Part shown: positions 63,710 through 64,000 of the stretch, one piece after another
Layout: each line of letters opens with the position of its first letter
Numbering within the stretch: the stretch's first letter is position 1
The notes under the pieces: generated by a model
The model's database searches: none
Told to the model about the DNA's origin: nothing
Seen by the model: only the letters and a program-made list of their open reading frames with translations
Made by a program: the position numbers and the translations under genes
Assembly: GCA_963845185.1 (NCBI GenBank)
Contig: CAWJRG010000005.1
Coordinates: forward strand, 160,001 to 224,000
DNA: 64,000 bases
Source: an uncultured bacterium
GTDB lineage: Bacteria > Oederibacteriota > PGYV01 > CAWJRG01
Reading direction: 5' to 3'

Positions 63710-64000
63710 TCATTTAATCATTACCAGCTGCAACATTCTCCCGGTTATTTTACCATCCCTGCGAAAGGAAAAAAACAATTTTTTTGAGTCATATACGCAT
63801 ATCCTGTTTGCATATATATTTCTTCTTTTTAATCCTGCGCTTAAAAGCAGATTTATGTTTGCTTTCCAGAGGTCAAGATATATACGGTTTTTTTTGATTA
63901 TAAAAGCAGCCTTGAATGCCTTGTCCTTTGCCATTTTTCCATAAAGCTCTTTGCCTATTTCATAATGACACGGGCCTATTGCCGGCGATATGCAGGCAAT
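63710..64000 (-). CDS. pgeF: PgeF/YfiH-family protein, 3' part
   Basis: Open frame from the window edge: ISPAIGPCHYEIG...LDLWKAN...FFSFRRD..TGRM. Confidence 0.85.
   Translation of the reverse strand: MACISPAIGPCHYEIGKELYGKMAKDKAFKAAFIIKKNRIYLDLWKANINLLLSAGLKRRNIYANRICVYDSKKLFFSFRRDGKITGRMLQLVMIK

Overview
A 64-kb window from an AT-leaning diderm bacterium, probably anaerobic (Re-citrate synthase, hemerythrin, GTP-PEPCK). Its Thr/Pro-stalked secreted proteins, T9SS-like C-terminal domains (CTDs) and PorV-like barrels resemble Ca. Goldbacteria or Elusimicrobia-like genomes; that taxonomy is inference only. The first ~26 kb (all minus strand) reads as a non-cellulosomal beta-glucan/cellulose utilisation locus: two SLH-coiled-coil-beta-barrel outer-membrane proteins, a GH9, and two giant tandem GH8-CBM paralogues with near-identical heads but different Thr-rich stalks. 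Next to them lie an ECF sigma/anti-sigma pair, two PorV-like barrels and a LacI regulator. The anti-sigma ends in a cargo-like FlgD/CTD domain once a frameshift is repaired, and a GRAACT-TTTTT-N11-GTCWWA ECF-type promoter motif precedes both GH8 genes and the anti-sigma. The middle holds purH, a Re-citrate synthase-icd-mdh-fumarase operon, an interrupted NHL-repeat gene, TetR, PEPCK, hemerythrin and archease. The right part has a duplicated MerR-(ComFB)-giant adhesin cassette, a CTD cargo plus PorV-TPR pair, a DUF4388/receiver operon facing a sensor kinase, and TPR, DUF116 and pgeF genes. Five single-base frameshifts, four in short G/C homopolymers, suggest long-read consensus errors. No rRNA, tRNA, CRISPR array or intact transposase was seen.
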